A DNA stretch of 63,533 nt, filler included, from assembly GCA_964501035.1 (NCBI GenBank). It is 6 parts of 6 records of this genome, joined end to end, with 100 filler letters (N's around TTAATTAATTAA, not from the genome) between each part and the next. Parts side by side here need not be neighbours in the genome. Positions count along the whole stretch, not along the records: positions 1 to 11,920 come from CAZCRK010000052.1; positions 12,021 to 23,292 come from CAZCRK010000053.1; 4 more parts are not named here. One strand, given 5' to 3'. The position numbers were made by a program, and so were the translations under genes. Each line of letters begins with the position of its first letter. Positions within the stretch are counted from its first letter, which is position 1. Positions 10,970-20,008 of the stretch are shown piece by piece. The notes beneath the pieces were generated by a model that searched no databases, was not told the DNA's origin, and was given only the letters and a program-made list of their open reading frames with translations.

Positions 10970-11832
10970 TGAGCTTTAACAAAAAACCTGTAGTTGGCCT
11001 ACTCGCATTTGTGGTGGTATTGTTTACAATGCCATTGGGCCACACACTCATGATTCTTATGGAAATTGGTTTGGGTGAAAATGAAAAATTTATATCTGCT
11101 TTTCTGCTTGGGCTAGTTGGTTTCGTAATGCTAATTGTCGGAATGAAACAAAATAATGAAGCTTCTGCAACATGGCTTGGACTATTCGCAGGATTGCTTA
11201 TGTGGACAGGTTGGGTAGAATTTTCTTTTGTATATTTTGCCCAAAAACTATCCATTGCACCAGAAATGGTGAATGGAGAAATCGTAACCAAAGCTGAGTA
11301 TTTAATTCTACCATCATCGATAGGAATTTTGCTTTCCTTTGTGGGACATTTTATGTTTAGCACAAGTACACAATGTAATTTCTTTATATGGATTCAAAAA
11401 TATACTGGATTCAGCAGTAAAAGAAAACCTGCTATCAAAGAAAGAAATTATGCTAGAATTACCGCAACAGAAACTATTTTTGTTGTTTGGATTTTTTATG
11501 TTCTTCTCATGGTAGCTTACGATAAAACTATTTTTGGTGATCAGCATATTTTCACTAAAGGTATTTTTATTGGTTCCCTGCTTTGGTCTGGTTTCCTAAT
11601 TGGGAAACTCTTGAAATATAATAACATAGGGGGAGCAATTCGTTATGCTATTCCTACTGTAGTTATTTTTTGGAATGCAGTTGAAATCCTTGGCAGATGG
11701 GACATGTTTGAAGAATTCTGGGTAGAGCCCCAAAAGTACCAATTTGAAATTTTAATTGTTTTGGGATTATTTGTTGGAACTTTCCTTATTGCAGTGTTTA
11801 AGACTCGTGTTAATAAGATTTGCTTATCTTAA
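10969..11832 (+). CDS. Polytopic membrane protein, hypothetical
   Basis: About 8 hydrophobic segments; MPLGH and WTGWVEF motifs; overlaps the upstream stop codon. Confidence 0.75.
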   Translation: MSFNKKPVVGLLAFVVVLFTMPLGHTLMILMEIGLGENEKFISAFLLGLVGFVMLIVGMKQNNEASATWLGLFAGLLMWTGWVEFSFVYFAQKLSIAPEMVNGEIVTKAEYLILPSSIGILLSFVGHFMFSTSTQCNFFIWIQKYTGFSSKRKPAIKERNYARITATETIFVVWIFYVLLMVAYDKTIFGDQHIFTKGIFIGSLLWSGFLIGKLLKYNNIGGAIRYAIPTVVIFWNAVEILGRWDMFEEFWVEPQKYQFEILIVLGLFVGTFLIAVFKTRVNKICLS

Positions 11833-11852
11833 TATTACAATTAAAGGAATGA

Positions 11853-11920
11853 ATGAATAAATTGATACTGTTTTGGGGATTATTTACATCCTTCAGTTTT
11901 TGTTTTGAATATAGTATAAC
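11853..11920 (+). CDS. Secreted protein, N-terminal fragment (contig end)
   Basis: SD AAGGA; MNKLILFWGLFTSFSFC signal-like start, open to the linker. Confidence 0.45.
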
Positions 11921-12020
11921 NNNNNNNNNNNNNNNNNNNNNNNNNNNNNNNNNNNNNNNNNNNNTTAATTAATTAANNNNNNNNNNNNNNNNNNNNNNNN
12001 NNNNNNNNNNNNNNNNNNNN
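11921..12020. other. Artificial contig linker
   Basis: N44-TTAATTAATTAA-N44. Confidence 0.97.
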
Positions 12021-12257
12021 ATGATTAAACTATCTAAAGAAAATACAGATAAAATTGTAAGTGAAATTCAAGAATATTTTACTGAAAATTTAGATCAGGA
12101 AATTGGAAATTTTGATGCAATGTTTTTACTTGAATTTTTCTCAGACAAAATTGGAAATTATTTTTATAACCAAGCACTTTCAGATGTTAGTACACTAATT
12201 TCTAAACAATCAGATGAAACACAAGAAAGAATCGAAGAATTAATTAAATTTTCATAA
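12021..12257 (+). CDS. DUF2164 family protein
   Basis: IQEYFTENLDQEIGNFDAMFLLEFF..IG.YFYNQAL.D. Confidence 0.85.
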   Translation: MIKLSKENTDKIVSEIQEYFTENLDQEIGNFDAMFLLEFFSDKIGNYFYNQALSDVSTLISKQSDETQERIEELIKFS

Positions 12258-12259
12258 TT

Positions 12260-12829
12260 TTATTTTTTCAGAGGTCTTCTGTAATATTCAAATGGTACAT
12301 TTAAATCGTACCATTTTGGAAAAACTTTGACTATTTCAGTATTGGAAGTAAATTTTTTAGCAATTCCCTGTTGAACATGACCCGTAACAAACGAATATTT
12401 TTGTTTCTTTGCCCAATTAATATAGATTCGTTTTAGTGTTTTAGCATACCCACCTTTTTTCCTAAATTTTTCTTTTATTACAAAAGCGTAAGTATATAAT
12501 GTGTTCTGTTTCCCTAAATTCACATCAAAGTGTACCCATGATTCTTGTTTAAAATGCTCGATTGGTACACCAATTATGTATCCAATAATTTCTCCTTTAT
12601 AACGTGCAATGAAAGGTAGAGTCTTTGGATTAAAGTACTTAGGAATATTTGTTTTTGTGAGTAAAGCTTGTTTCCCAAACTTATGTGCCATGTCTTTGGA
12701 AACAGATATCAATCCATCCACATCATCCTTTCCAATTTTTTTAACAAGTTCTACTCGAAAATGGAATGCAGATGATGCAATAATTTTTATCTGGGATTGC
12801 TCCCCTATATTTAATGATAATTGTTCCAT
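12260..12829 (-). CDS. GNAT-fold hypothetical protein
   Basis: EIIGYIIG, LYTYAFVIKEKFRKKGGYAK acetyl-CoA-loop-like motif. Confidence 0.6.
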   Translation of the reverse strand: MEQLSLNIGEQSQIKIIASSAFHFRVELVKKIGKDDVDGLISVSKDMAHKFGKQALLTKTNIPKYFNPKTLPFIARYKGEIIGYIIGVPIEHFKQESWVHFDVNLGKQNTLYTYAFVIKEKFRKKGGYAKTLKRIYINWAKKQKYSFVTGHVQQGIAKKFTSNTEIVKVFPKWYDLNVPFEYYRRPLKK

Positions 12830-12930
12830 GTAGGTACTGTTAATTTAATGAATATATTTTCTATTGCCCAATGCCAAAGGATATTATTTTCACATTTTTT
12901 TACATGTATAATAACAGTAAATTTCAGACT

Positions 12931-13731
12931 ATGACACATTCATTTAATCAACGATTGAAACAATATTGTTTATCAAAAAATAGTAGATTATGCATTGGTT
13001 TGGATATTGACCCAGACAGAATGCCAAATACTTTTGCCAAAACAATAGATGGGATGGAATCATTTGCTATATCTGTTATCGATGCAACAATTGATATTTG
13101 TCCAGTTTATAAACCAAATCTCGCATTTTTTGAACGCTTTGGTTCCAAAGGCCTTGCCGTCTTTGAAAAACTTGTCAAATATGTTGATAATAGAGCAATT
13201 ATTATTGCTGATGCAAAGCGTGGAGATATTGGTAATACAGCGAAACAATATGCAAAAGCATTTTTCGAAGGGATGGGTTGTGACGCTGTTACCGTAGCTC
13301 CTTATATGGGGCGCGATTCTATTGAACCCTTTTGTGAAGATGAAAAATATGGAGTATTTGTTTTAGGATTGACTTCGAACAAAGGTGCATATGATTTTCA
13401 ATATAAACAAAGTAATGGAACTACACTTTATGAAGATGTAATAAAACTTGTAGTAGAGTTAAATTCAAAACAAAATATGGGTTTAGTTGTGGGTGCCACA
13501 AAACCAGATCAAATGAGTCAAATTAGATCTAAATCTAAAGGATTATCATGGTTGATTCCCGGAATTGGAGCTCAAGGAGGGGACTTGCAAACCTCTATTG
13601 AAATTGGTAATCAAAACGGTGTTGGTATTGTTAATGTATCACGTGGGATTTTATATCCCGAAGATGGAACAATTGAAAGTATTAGAAAATTAGCTAAAAA
13701 TTATACTCATAAAATTCAGGAGCATGTATGA
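12931..13731 (+). CDS. pyrF: Orotidine-5'-phosphate decarboxylase
   Basis: LCIGLD, YKPNLAFFE, DAKRGDIGNT, GLVVGAT, PGIGAQGG; start at 12931 more plausible than 12871. Confidence 0.95.
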   Translation: MTHSFNQRLKQYCLSKNSRLCIGLDIDPDRMPNTFAKTIDGMESFAISVIDATIDICPVYKPNLAFFERFGSKGLAVFEKLVKYVDNRAIIIADAKRGDIGNTAKQYAKAFFEGMGCDAVTVAPYMGRDSIEPFCEDEKYGVFVLGLTSNKGAYDFQYKQSNGTTLYEDVIKLVVELNSKQNMGLVVGATKPDQMSQIRSKSKGLSWLIPGIGAQGGDLQTSIEIGNQNGVGIVNVSRGILYPEDGTIESIRKLAKNYTHKIQEHV

Positions 13732-14300
13732 TATCAAAAGAAATTTTAGATTTGTTAGAATGGTCTGGAGCAATTATGAATGGTCATTTTTTATTAACTT
13801 CAGGACGACATAGTGATAGATATATAGAAAAATTCAGACTGCTTGAAAATCCCATTGCACTTGATAAAATTTCTGCAGCAATGGCTAGTCCATTTGAAGA
13901 TCAAGAAATTGAACTTGTGTTAAGTGCAGCTGTGGGCGGAATACTTTTAGCTGGCGGAGTAGGTCGTTATCTTGGAAAAAAACATATTTTTAGCGAACGG
14001 ATTGATGGTACGATGGAACTTAGACGCGGATTTACCATTGAAGAAGGAACTCGAGTTTTAATTGTAGAAGATATTGTTACGACAGGTGGTTCAATTTTTG
14101 AACTTATAGAGTTAGCACAGAAACAAAAAGCAGATATTGTAGGTGTTATGTATCTTGTAGATAGAAGTAGTACAACTATAGACTTTGGGGTACCTTCAAA
14201 ATCATTAGTGAGTTTGCCAAGCAGAAGTTGGGAGGTGGATGAATGTCCACTTTGTGCTGATAACACTCCCATTACACAAAGAGGAAGGACAGGAAAGTAG
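13728..14300 (+). CDS. pyrE: Orotate phosphoribosyltransferase
   Basis: GHFLLTSGRHS, VLIVEDIVTTGGS PRPP motif. Confidence 0.95.
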   Translation: MISKEILDLLEWSGAIMNGHFLLTSGRHSDRYIEKFRLLENPIALDKISAAMASPFEDQEIELVLSAAVGGILLAGGVGRYLGKKHIFSERIDGTMELRRGFTIEEGTRVLIVEDIVTTGGSIFELIELAQKQKADIVGVMYLVDRSSTTIDFGVPSKSLVSLPSRSWEVDECPLCADNTPITQRGRTGK

Positions 14301-14303
14301 AAA

Positions 14304-15185
14304 ATGAAAAGAATTTTGATATTAGTTATGAGTATTTTTTTCTTGTTTTCACAACAAGATTCGCTAAAAATAAATCCTGGATTTGATTTATCAAAAGGGT
14401 TACAGTTAAAAGGTCTTATTCCAAATTATGAACAGAATAAAAGTAATCAACCATTAATTCAACATCAAATTGATGAGATTATGCAAAAAGCAAAAGATTT
14501 TATTCCCGAACCAGTTTCTGAAGATGATGTTGTGATTATGGAAACATCTAAAGGTACGATTAAATTAAAATTGTTTCCCAAAGTAGCTCCAAATCATTGT
14601 CTTAATTTTAAAAAATTGGCTAATAGTGGATACTATGATGGAACAACTTTTCACAGAATTATTCAAGGTTTTATGATTCAAGGTGGAGATATTCTTTCAA
14701 GAGATGGCGAAAGAAATAATGATGGAACAGGTGGACCGGGTTGGACTGTGGATGCAGAATTTAATGATATTCCACATAAACGAGGTGTCTTATCTATGGC
14801 TCGTGCACAAGATCCAAATTCTGCAGGAAGTCAATTTTTTATATGCGTTGCTGATGCAAATCACTTGGATGGTAAATATACTGTATTTGGTGAAGTAATT
14901 GACCGAATTCATGTAATTGATCATATTGTAAACACTCCAACAGATTATGAGCATGCAAAAATGGTGTGTAAAAACACAATTCCGAATGGTGAAGACCCTA
15001 ATGATTGGGTAAAATTATCTGATTCTAAAACCAGAAGATACATCTATTCTAAGATTCCAACTGGTCAAACTAAAGAAGAGTATGCTCGAACAATGCAAAG
15101 CAAGTTAAGAAGTGATAAACCTGCAATTCCAATTAAAATCAATCGGGTGCGAGTTGTAAACAATAATGCTAAACCCCAAAAATAA
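14304..15185 (+). CDS. Exported cyclophilin-type peptidyl-prolyl isomerase
   Basis: Signal peptide; FHRIIQGFMIQGGD, SMARAQDPNSAGSQFFI, LDGKYTVFGEV. Confidence 0.93.
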   Translation: MKRILILVMSIFFLFSQQDSLKINPGFDLSKGLQLKGLIPNYEQNKSNQPLIQHQIDEIMQKAKDFIPEPVSEDDVVIMETSKGTIKLKLFPKVAPNHCLNFKKLANSGYYDGTTFHRIIQGFMIQGGDILSRDGERNNDGTGGPGWTVDAEFNDIPHKRGVLSMARAQDPNSAGSQFFICVADANHLDGKYTVFGEVIDRIHVIDHIVNTPTDYEHAKMVCKNTIPNGEDPNDWVKLSDSKTRRYIYSKIPTGQTKEEYARTMQSKLRSDKPAIPIKINRVRVVNNNAKPQK

Positions 15186-16125
15186 ACCTGTTGGACTCGC
15201 TTTAGGTGGTGGAGGTGCTCGAGGTTATGTTCATATAGGAGTACTCAAAGTTTTACACGAAAAAAATATTCATCTAGATATGATTGCAGGGTCATCAATT
15301 GGTGCAGTAATTGGGGCAATGTATGCTGCAAAACTTGATCCCAAATGGATTGAAAATAAATTTAGAGAATTCATCAAAAGTGATGTGTATAAGCAAATGG
15401 GTTTAGATAGGTTAATGCGAACATCTCAACCAAATTTATCTATTTTTCAAACTGCAACCTCCTACGTAAAAAAAACTATTTTGTTAAATGTTGCGAATGA
15501 TAGATTAGGTTTACTTAAACATGAACGATTAAAAAAAGCATTAGAATTTCTTTTACCAGTAAGAACATTTAGTGAGTTAAAAATACCATTTTCATGTATT
15601 GCATTGGATTTGCATTCAGGAAAAGATATTATCTTCAACCAAGGAAATCTAATAGAAGCAGTGATGGCATCATCCGCCATTCCTGGGTATATAACACCTG
15701 TAGAAAAAGAAAATATGCTATTAGTAGATGGCGGAGTTTCTTGTCCGCTACCCGTTAGATTGTTAAAACGAATGGGCGCAAAGTTTACAATAGCAGTCGA
15801 AATTAGTATTGATAAATTTGAATCGTTAATTTCTCCAAATTTATTACAAGTAATTGGTAGAGCTGAGCAGATAACGACTTCACGATTAGGTAAAGCAAGA
15901 TCGTTAGAGGCAGATGTAGTTATTGAACCAGATACTCAAAATATATTTTGGGCAGAATTTGATAAAATAAATGATTTAATTAGAAATGGTGTAACAAAAG
16001 CGGATGAAGTACTATCTAATAAAGAAATTGAATCAAAGATAAAAGGGATTATTGGAATTCGTGGAAGATTTGACACATTTATGAAAAAAATACTTAAGGA
16101 AAAAAGAAGATATGAGCAAAGTTAA
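15166..16125 (+). CDS. Patatin-like phospholipase
   Basis: GGGGARG, GSSIG nucleophile elbow, DGG. Confidence 0.92.
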   Translation: MLNPKNKPVGLALGGGGARGYVHIGVLKVLHEKNIHLDMIAGSSIGAVIGAMYAAKLDPKWIENKFREFIKSDVYKQMGLDRLMRTSQPNLSIFQTATSYVKKTILLNVANDRLGLLKHERLKKALEFLLPVRTFSELKIPFSCIALDLHSGKDIIFNQGNLIEAVMASSAIPGYITPVEKENMLLVDGGVSCPLPVRLLKRMGAKFTIAVEISIDKFESLISPNLLQVIGRAEQITTSRLGKARSLEADVVIEPDTQNIFWAEFDKINDLIRNGVTKADEVLSNKEIESKIKGIIGIRGRFDTFMKKILKEKRRYEQS

Positions 16126-18022
16126 CAAATTCTTAAAATCTAGTGTGTTTATTTGGTTTATTGGAGCTGTATTGTTTGGTGGAGCAATAGACAATTGTGT
16201 GCAATTTTCTCCTAAACTTGATAACAATATTGCAAGAAAGGGTGAAGTCATAACCCTGACTATTGATGTAAAAATCGATAAAGGATTTCATATATATTCA
16301 ACACACCCAGATAAAAGTTTAAGCCCAACTGCGATTGAATATGCAGATACAACCTTGTTTTCAAAGCGTGGTATCGTAACAGAACCTTCAACTCATAGTT
16401 CTTATGATCCAAATTTTGATATGGATATTTATTACCATGAAGGGAATATAAAATTAACGCAAAAGTTACAACTATCTGAAAACATTCAAATTGGGAATCA
16501 TAAAATTGATGCTACGTTTGTTTATTTTGCTTGCGATGAGTCAAAATGTATCCCCAAATGGGATGATTTCACTTTCGTGTTTAATATTGAAGATGGTACA
16601 GCAAGAACTGAATTTGTTTCCAATATTATTGAAGAATATCCCACACTTAATGAAACTTCAGACGTGTTACCAGAAGAGTTGGGTGACCAAGTTGAAAAAG
16701 GTATACTATCTTTCATTTTGTTTGCACTCGGAATGGGATTTTTAGCGTTGTTAACTCCCTGTGTTTTTCCAATGATTCCAATCACTGTTTCATACTTTAC
16801 AAAAGAGGGTGAAAAAGAAGGTGGAAAGCCCTTCAAGTCAGCGAGTATATATGCACTCGGAATCATCATAATATTTACAAGTTTAGGTTTAATTTTAGCC
16901 CTTACTTTGGGGGCTGCAGGAGCAAACCAAATAGCATCTAGTCCATGGATTAATTTATTTATTGCTGGATTATTTATTTATTTTGCATTTAGTTTATTTG
17001 GTCATTTTGAAATTCAAATGCCTTCTGCTTTTCGTCAATTTAGTATGAAACAAGAAAGTCGAGGTGGAGTAATTGGAATTTTGTTTATGGCACTCACCTT
17101 CACTCTTACTTCATTTACGTGTACAGTACAATTTGTAGGTTTGTTACTGGTAGCAGCTAGCCAAGGTAGTTTTTTATGGCCAGCCCTAGGAATGATTGCC
17201 TTTGCAACTGCTTTTGCTACTCCATTTTTCTTTTTAGCTTTATTTCCGCAATATCTTGCAAAATTACCTAAGAGTGGTGGTTGGTTGAATTCAGTAAAAG
17301 TTACCATGGGATTTTTAGAGTTTGGTGCAGCTATGAAGTTTTTAAGTAACTCGGATTTAGTTTGGCAATGGGGTATTTTCACAAAACAAGTTGTTTTAGC
17401 AACATGGGTTGTAATTTCATTATTAATGGGTCTATATTTATTGGGTAAGATTACACTTCCACACGATACAGAAACCAAATATATTGGTGTTCCTCGATTA
17501 GTAATGAGCATTATAATTATGTCCTTTGCATTGTATTTATCAGGTGGTATGTTTGGTCAGCCACTGCACGGTTTAATTGATTCGTACTTACCTCCAATTG
17601 TAGATAGTTCTCGAGAAAAAATTGTTGTTGAATCTGGAAATAAGCATACAGTCGAGTGGTTTGATACGCTAGAAGAAGCACTAATAGAATCAAAAAATGT
17701 TAACAAGCCAATATTCTTAGATTTTACTGGTTATACTTGCACAAATTGTAGATGGATGGAAACAAATGTGTTTGAAGATCCTCAAGTGAGTAATCTTTTT
17801 ACTGAATTTGTTTTAGTTCGGTTATATACTGATGGAGGAGTAAATTACCGCGAAAACCAACAAATGGAAATAGATAGGTTTGGAACCGCAGCTCTTCCAT
17901 TTTATGTAGTTTTGGACTCTAATGATGAAGAACTAGCTAGATTTCCTGGAATGGATCCAGATGTAAATAAATTTGCACAGTTTTTGTTAGATGCTAAACA
18001 AAAATATGAATTGGAGAATTAA
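16112..18022 (+). CDS. dsbD: DsbD/CcdA-type thiol:disulfide interchange protein
   Basis: N-terminal domain CDESKC, TM LTPCVFPMIP and SFTCT, thioredoxin FTGYTCTNCR. Confidence 0.88.
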   Translation: MSKVNKFLKSSVFIWFIGAVLFGGAIDNCVQFSPKLDNNIARKGEVITLTIDVKIDKGFHIYSTHPDKSLSPTAIEYADTTLFSKRGIVTEPSTHSSYDPNFDMDIYYHEGNIKLTQKLQLSENIQIGNHKIDATFVYFACDESKCIPKWDDFTFVFNIEDGTARTEFVSNIIEEYPTLNETSDVLPEELGDQVEKGILSFILFALGMGFLALLTPCVFPMIPITVSYFTKEGEKEGGKPFKSASIYALGIIIIFTSLGLILALTLGAAGANQIASSPWINLFIAGLFIYFAFSLFGHFEIQMPSAFRQFSMKQESRGGVIGILFMALTFTLTSFTCTVQFVGLLLVAASQGSFLWPALGMIAFATAFATPFFFLALFPQYLAKLPKSGGWLNSVKVTMGFLEFGAAMKFLSNSDLVWQWGIFTKQVVLATWVVISLLMGLYLLGKITLPHDTETKYIGVPRLVMSIIIMSFALYLSGGMFGQPLHGLIDSYLPPIVDSSREKIVVESGNKHTVEWFDTLEEALIESKNVNKPIFLDFTGYTCTNCRWMETNVFEDPQVSNLFTEFVLVRLYTDGGVNYRENQQMEIDRFGTAALPFYVVLDSNDEELARFPGMDPDVNKFAQFLLDAKQKYELEN

Positions 18023-18609
18023 TGAATAGTATAGTTAAAATAATATTAACCCTTGCAATTTTGCTTTCTGGGTATTTTTTCATCTTTGCTGGAGAAGAAC
18101 AAATTTCAGATGAACAAAAAGAAGCAATTGCTAAAGTATTAGAAGGAATTAACAAAACACCTGATTTCACCCTTTCTGCTCTTGATGGGAAAGAGTATCA
18201 TTTGAGAGAGCTTGAAGGGAATGTTGTTTTAATTAACTTTTGGGCAACGTGGTGTGGTCCATGCAGAATGGAGATACCTGACTTTAATGAAATGTATGAG
18301 AAATATCATGAATATGGTTTTGAAATTTTAGGAATTAGTGTTTCTGATACAAAAAAACAACTTGAGAATTTTGTAAAGTCGTATGAAATGAAGTATCCGG
18401 TACTATATGGTTCATCTAAAAATATGAATCAGATAACTAGTGATTATGGTGGTGTTTATTCAATACCTACTTCATTTCTAATTGATAAAAATGGAGAGGT
18501 ATTAAGAACATATCCAGGAGCAATTTTAAAAAATTATGATCCCCAATTGTATTCTGGTTTAATATTTGAAATCGAAAAAGCCATTGGATATAAAAAAGAT
18601 AAAAAATGA
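18022..18609 (+). CDS. TlpA-family disulfide reductase
   Basis: NFWATWCGPCR, IPTSFLID. Confidence 0.92.
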   Translation: MNSIVKIILTLAILLSGYFFIFAGEEQISDEQKEAIAKVLEGINKTPDFTLSALDGKEYHLRELEGNVVLINFWATWCGPCRMEIPDFNEMYEKYHEYGFEILGISVSDTKKQLENFVKSYEMKYPVLYGSSKNMNQITSDYGGVYSIPTSFLIDKNGEVLRTYPGAILKNYDPQLYSGLIFEIEKAIGYKKDKK

Positions 18610-19943
18610 TTGTTAAACTAGTCCCTCTTTTATTACTATTATTTTCTTGCGCAAACCAACCCCCACCAACACCAGATTGGATACTTAATTCTCACTCAAC
18701 AAGTGAATATTGGGTAGGTGTTGGAAGTGTTGCAATAAACCATAACGATTCAAGAGAAAATGCAAGAGATCAAGCTATAAGAGAAATAGCATCTCAAATA
18801 AAAATTGATATTACATCCAACTTCAAAAGTATAATTACTGAACAAAATTATAATGTAAATGATTACTCTGAATCTTTAATTGAAACTCGAATTCAGAACT
18901 CTCTTCCACATGTTGAATTTGATAAATTTTTCACATCTGAAGATCGATTTTATGTGTTAGCGAAATTATCAAAGCAAAAATACTACGATGCAATTGCATT
19001 AAAACGCCAAAATGCAGTTACTACTGCAGTGGAGTTGATTAAATCAGCAGAAACAAAATTGTCATCACAAACTTTTATTCTTTTGCAAGAGGCTATGCAA
19101 GAAATATTGAGTTTTTTAGATGAACCAATATTGGTTGAATATCCACCAAACTCAGGAATTCAAGAAAATTTATATTCATTAATTAAAATGAAAATGGTTG
19201 AATCATTTAATAGAATCAAGATAATACCTAAACCTTCCAAAATATCAATAAGATCAGGTGGTATCGACAAAAATTTACAATTACAAGCCACGTGCATTGA
19301 TAAACGAACAAAAAAAGAAATAGTTGGACTACCATTACATGTAAGAATTGAAGGTGATGAAAATTTTGATACTTTTACTTCAAATGAAAATGGAAATATC
19401 ACATTTAACATTCCGAATTTAGTTAGTTTAAACTCTTCTCAATCACTTTTAATTTCAACAAATTTACAAAGTATTTTAGAAAACTCATCCTTTAGTAATC
19501 AATTTGAACAAAATACATTGGGTCAAATACAAATTGAGTTGCTTCCTCTTAAAATTGCAGTTATTGTTGATGAAAAACAATTTGGGAATTCTATAATGAG
19601 TAAACATGTTGAACCGGTAATAAAAGAATATTTTGCAAGTAATTTAACTACAAAATTTGTAGATATAGATGAATCAGATTTAGAAATACATGTACTAGTA
19701 ACCACTCGGAAGTTAAGTGATACACCAAACGATTATCGGATATTTCAAACATTTGCCGATGCTGTTTTTACTGTAATTGATCATAAAGAAAAAACTGAAT
19801 TGTTTTCTACATCTATAAATAATATAAAAGGAGCAGATTTTAACTCCAATGAAGCATCAAGTGCACAAGCTATTAAAAAAATTGCAAGCAAACTTGAAAA
19901 AAATGAGCTTCCGAAAATTTTAAAATTATTAACCCAACCTTGA
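18606..19943 (+). CDS. LPP20-family lipoprotein
   Basis: Lipobox LFSC, PDWI, ARDQAIREIASQI. Confidence 0.75.
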   Translation: MIVKLVPLLLLLFSCANQPPPTPDWILNSHSTSEYWVGVGSVAINHNDSRENARDQAIREIASQIKIDITSNFKSIITEQNYNVNDYSESLIETRIQNSLPHVEFDKFFTSEDRFYVLAKLSKQKYYDAIALKRQNAVTTAVELIKSAETKLSSQTFILLQEAMQEILSFLDEPILVEYPPNSGIQENLYSLIKMKMVESFNRIKIIPKPSKISIRSGGIDKNLQLQATCIDKRTKKEIVGLPLHVRIEGDENFDTFTSNENGNITFNIPNLVSLNSSQSLLISTNLQSILENSSFSNQFEQNTLGQIQIELLPLKIAVIVDEKQFGNSIMSKHVEPVIKEYFASNLTTKFVDIDESDLEIHVLVTTRKLSDTPNDYRIFQTFADAVFTVIDHKEKTELFSTSINNIKGADFNSNEASSAQAIKKIASKLEKNELPKILKLLTQP

Positions 19944-20008
19944 TAACCTTTTGTATTTTATATTAGTTTTCTTAATTTAACTGCTGATTAAAGTTGATTA
20001 GAATAGAA

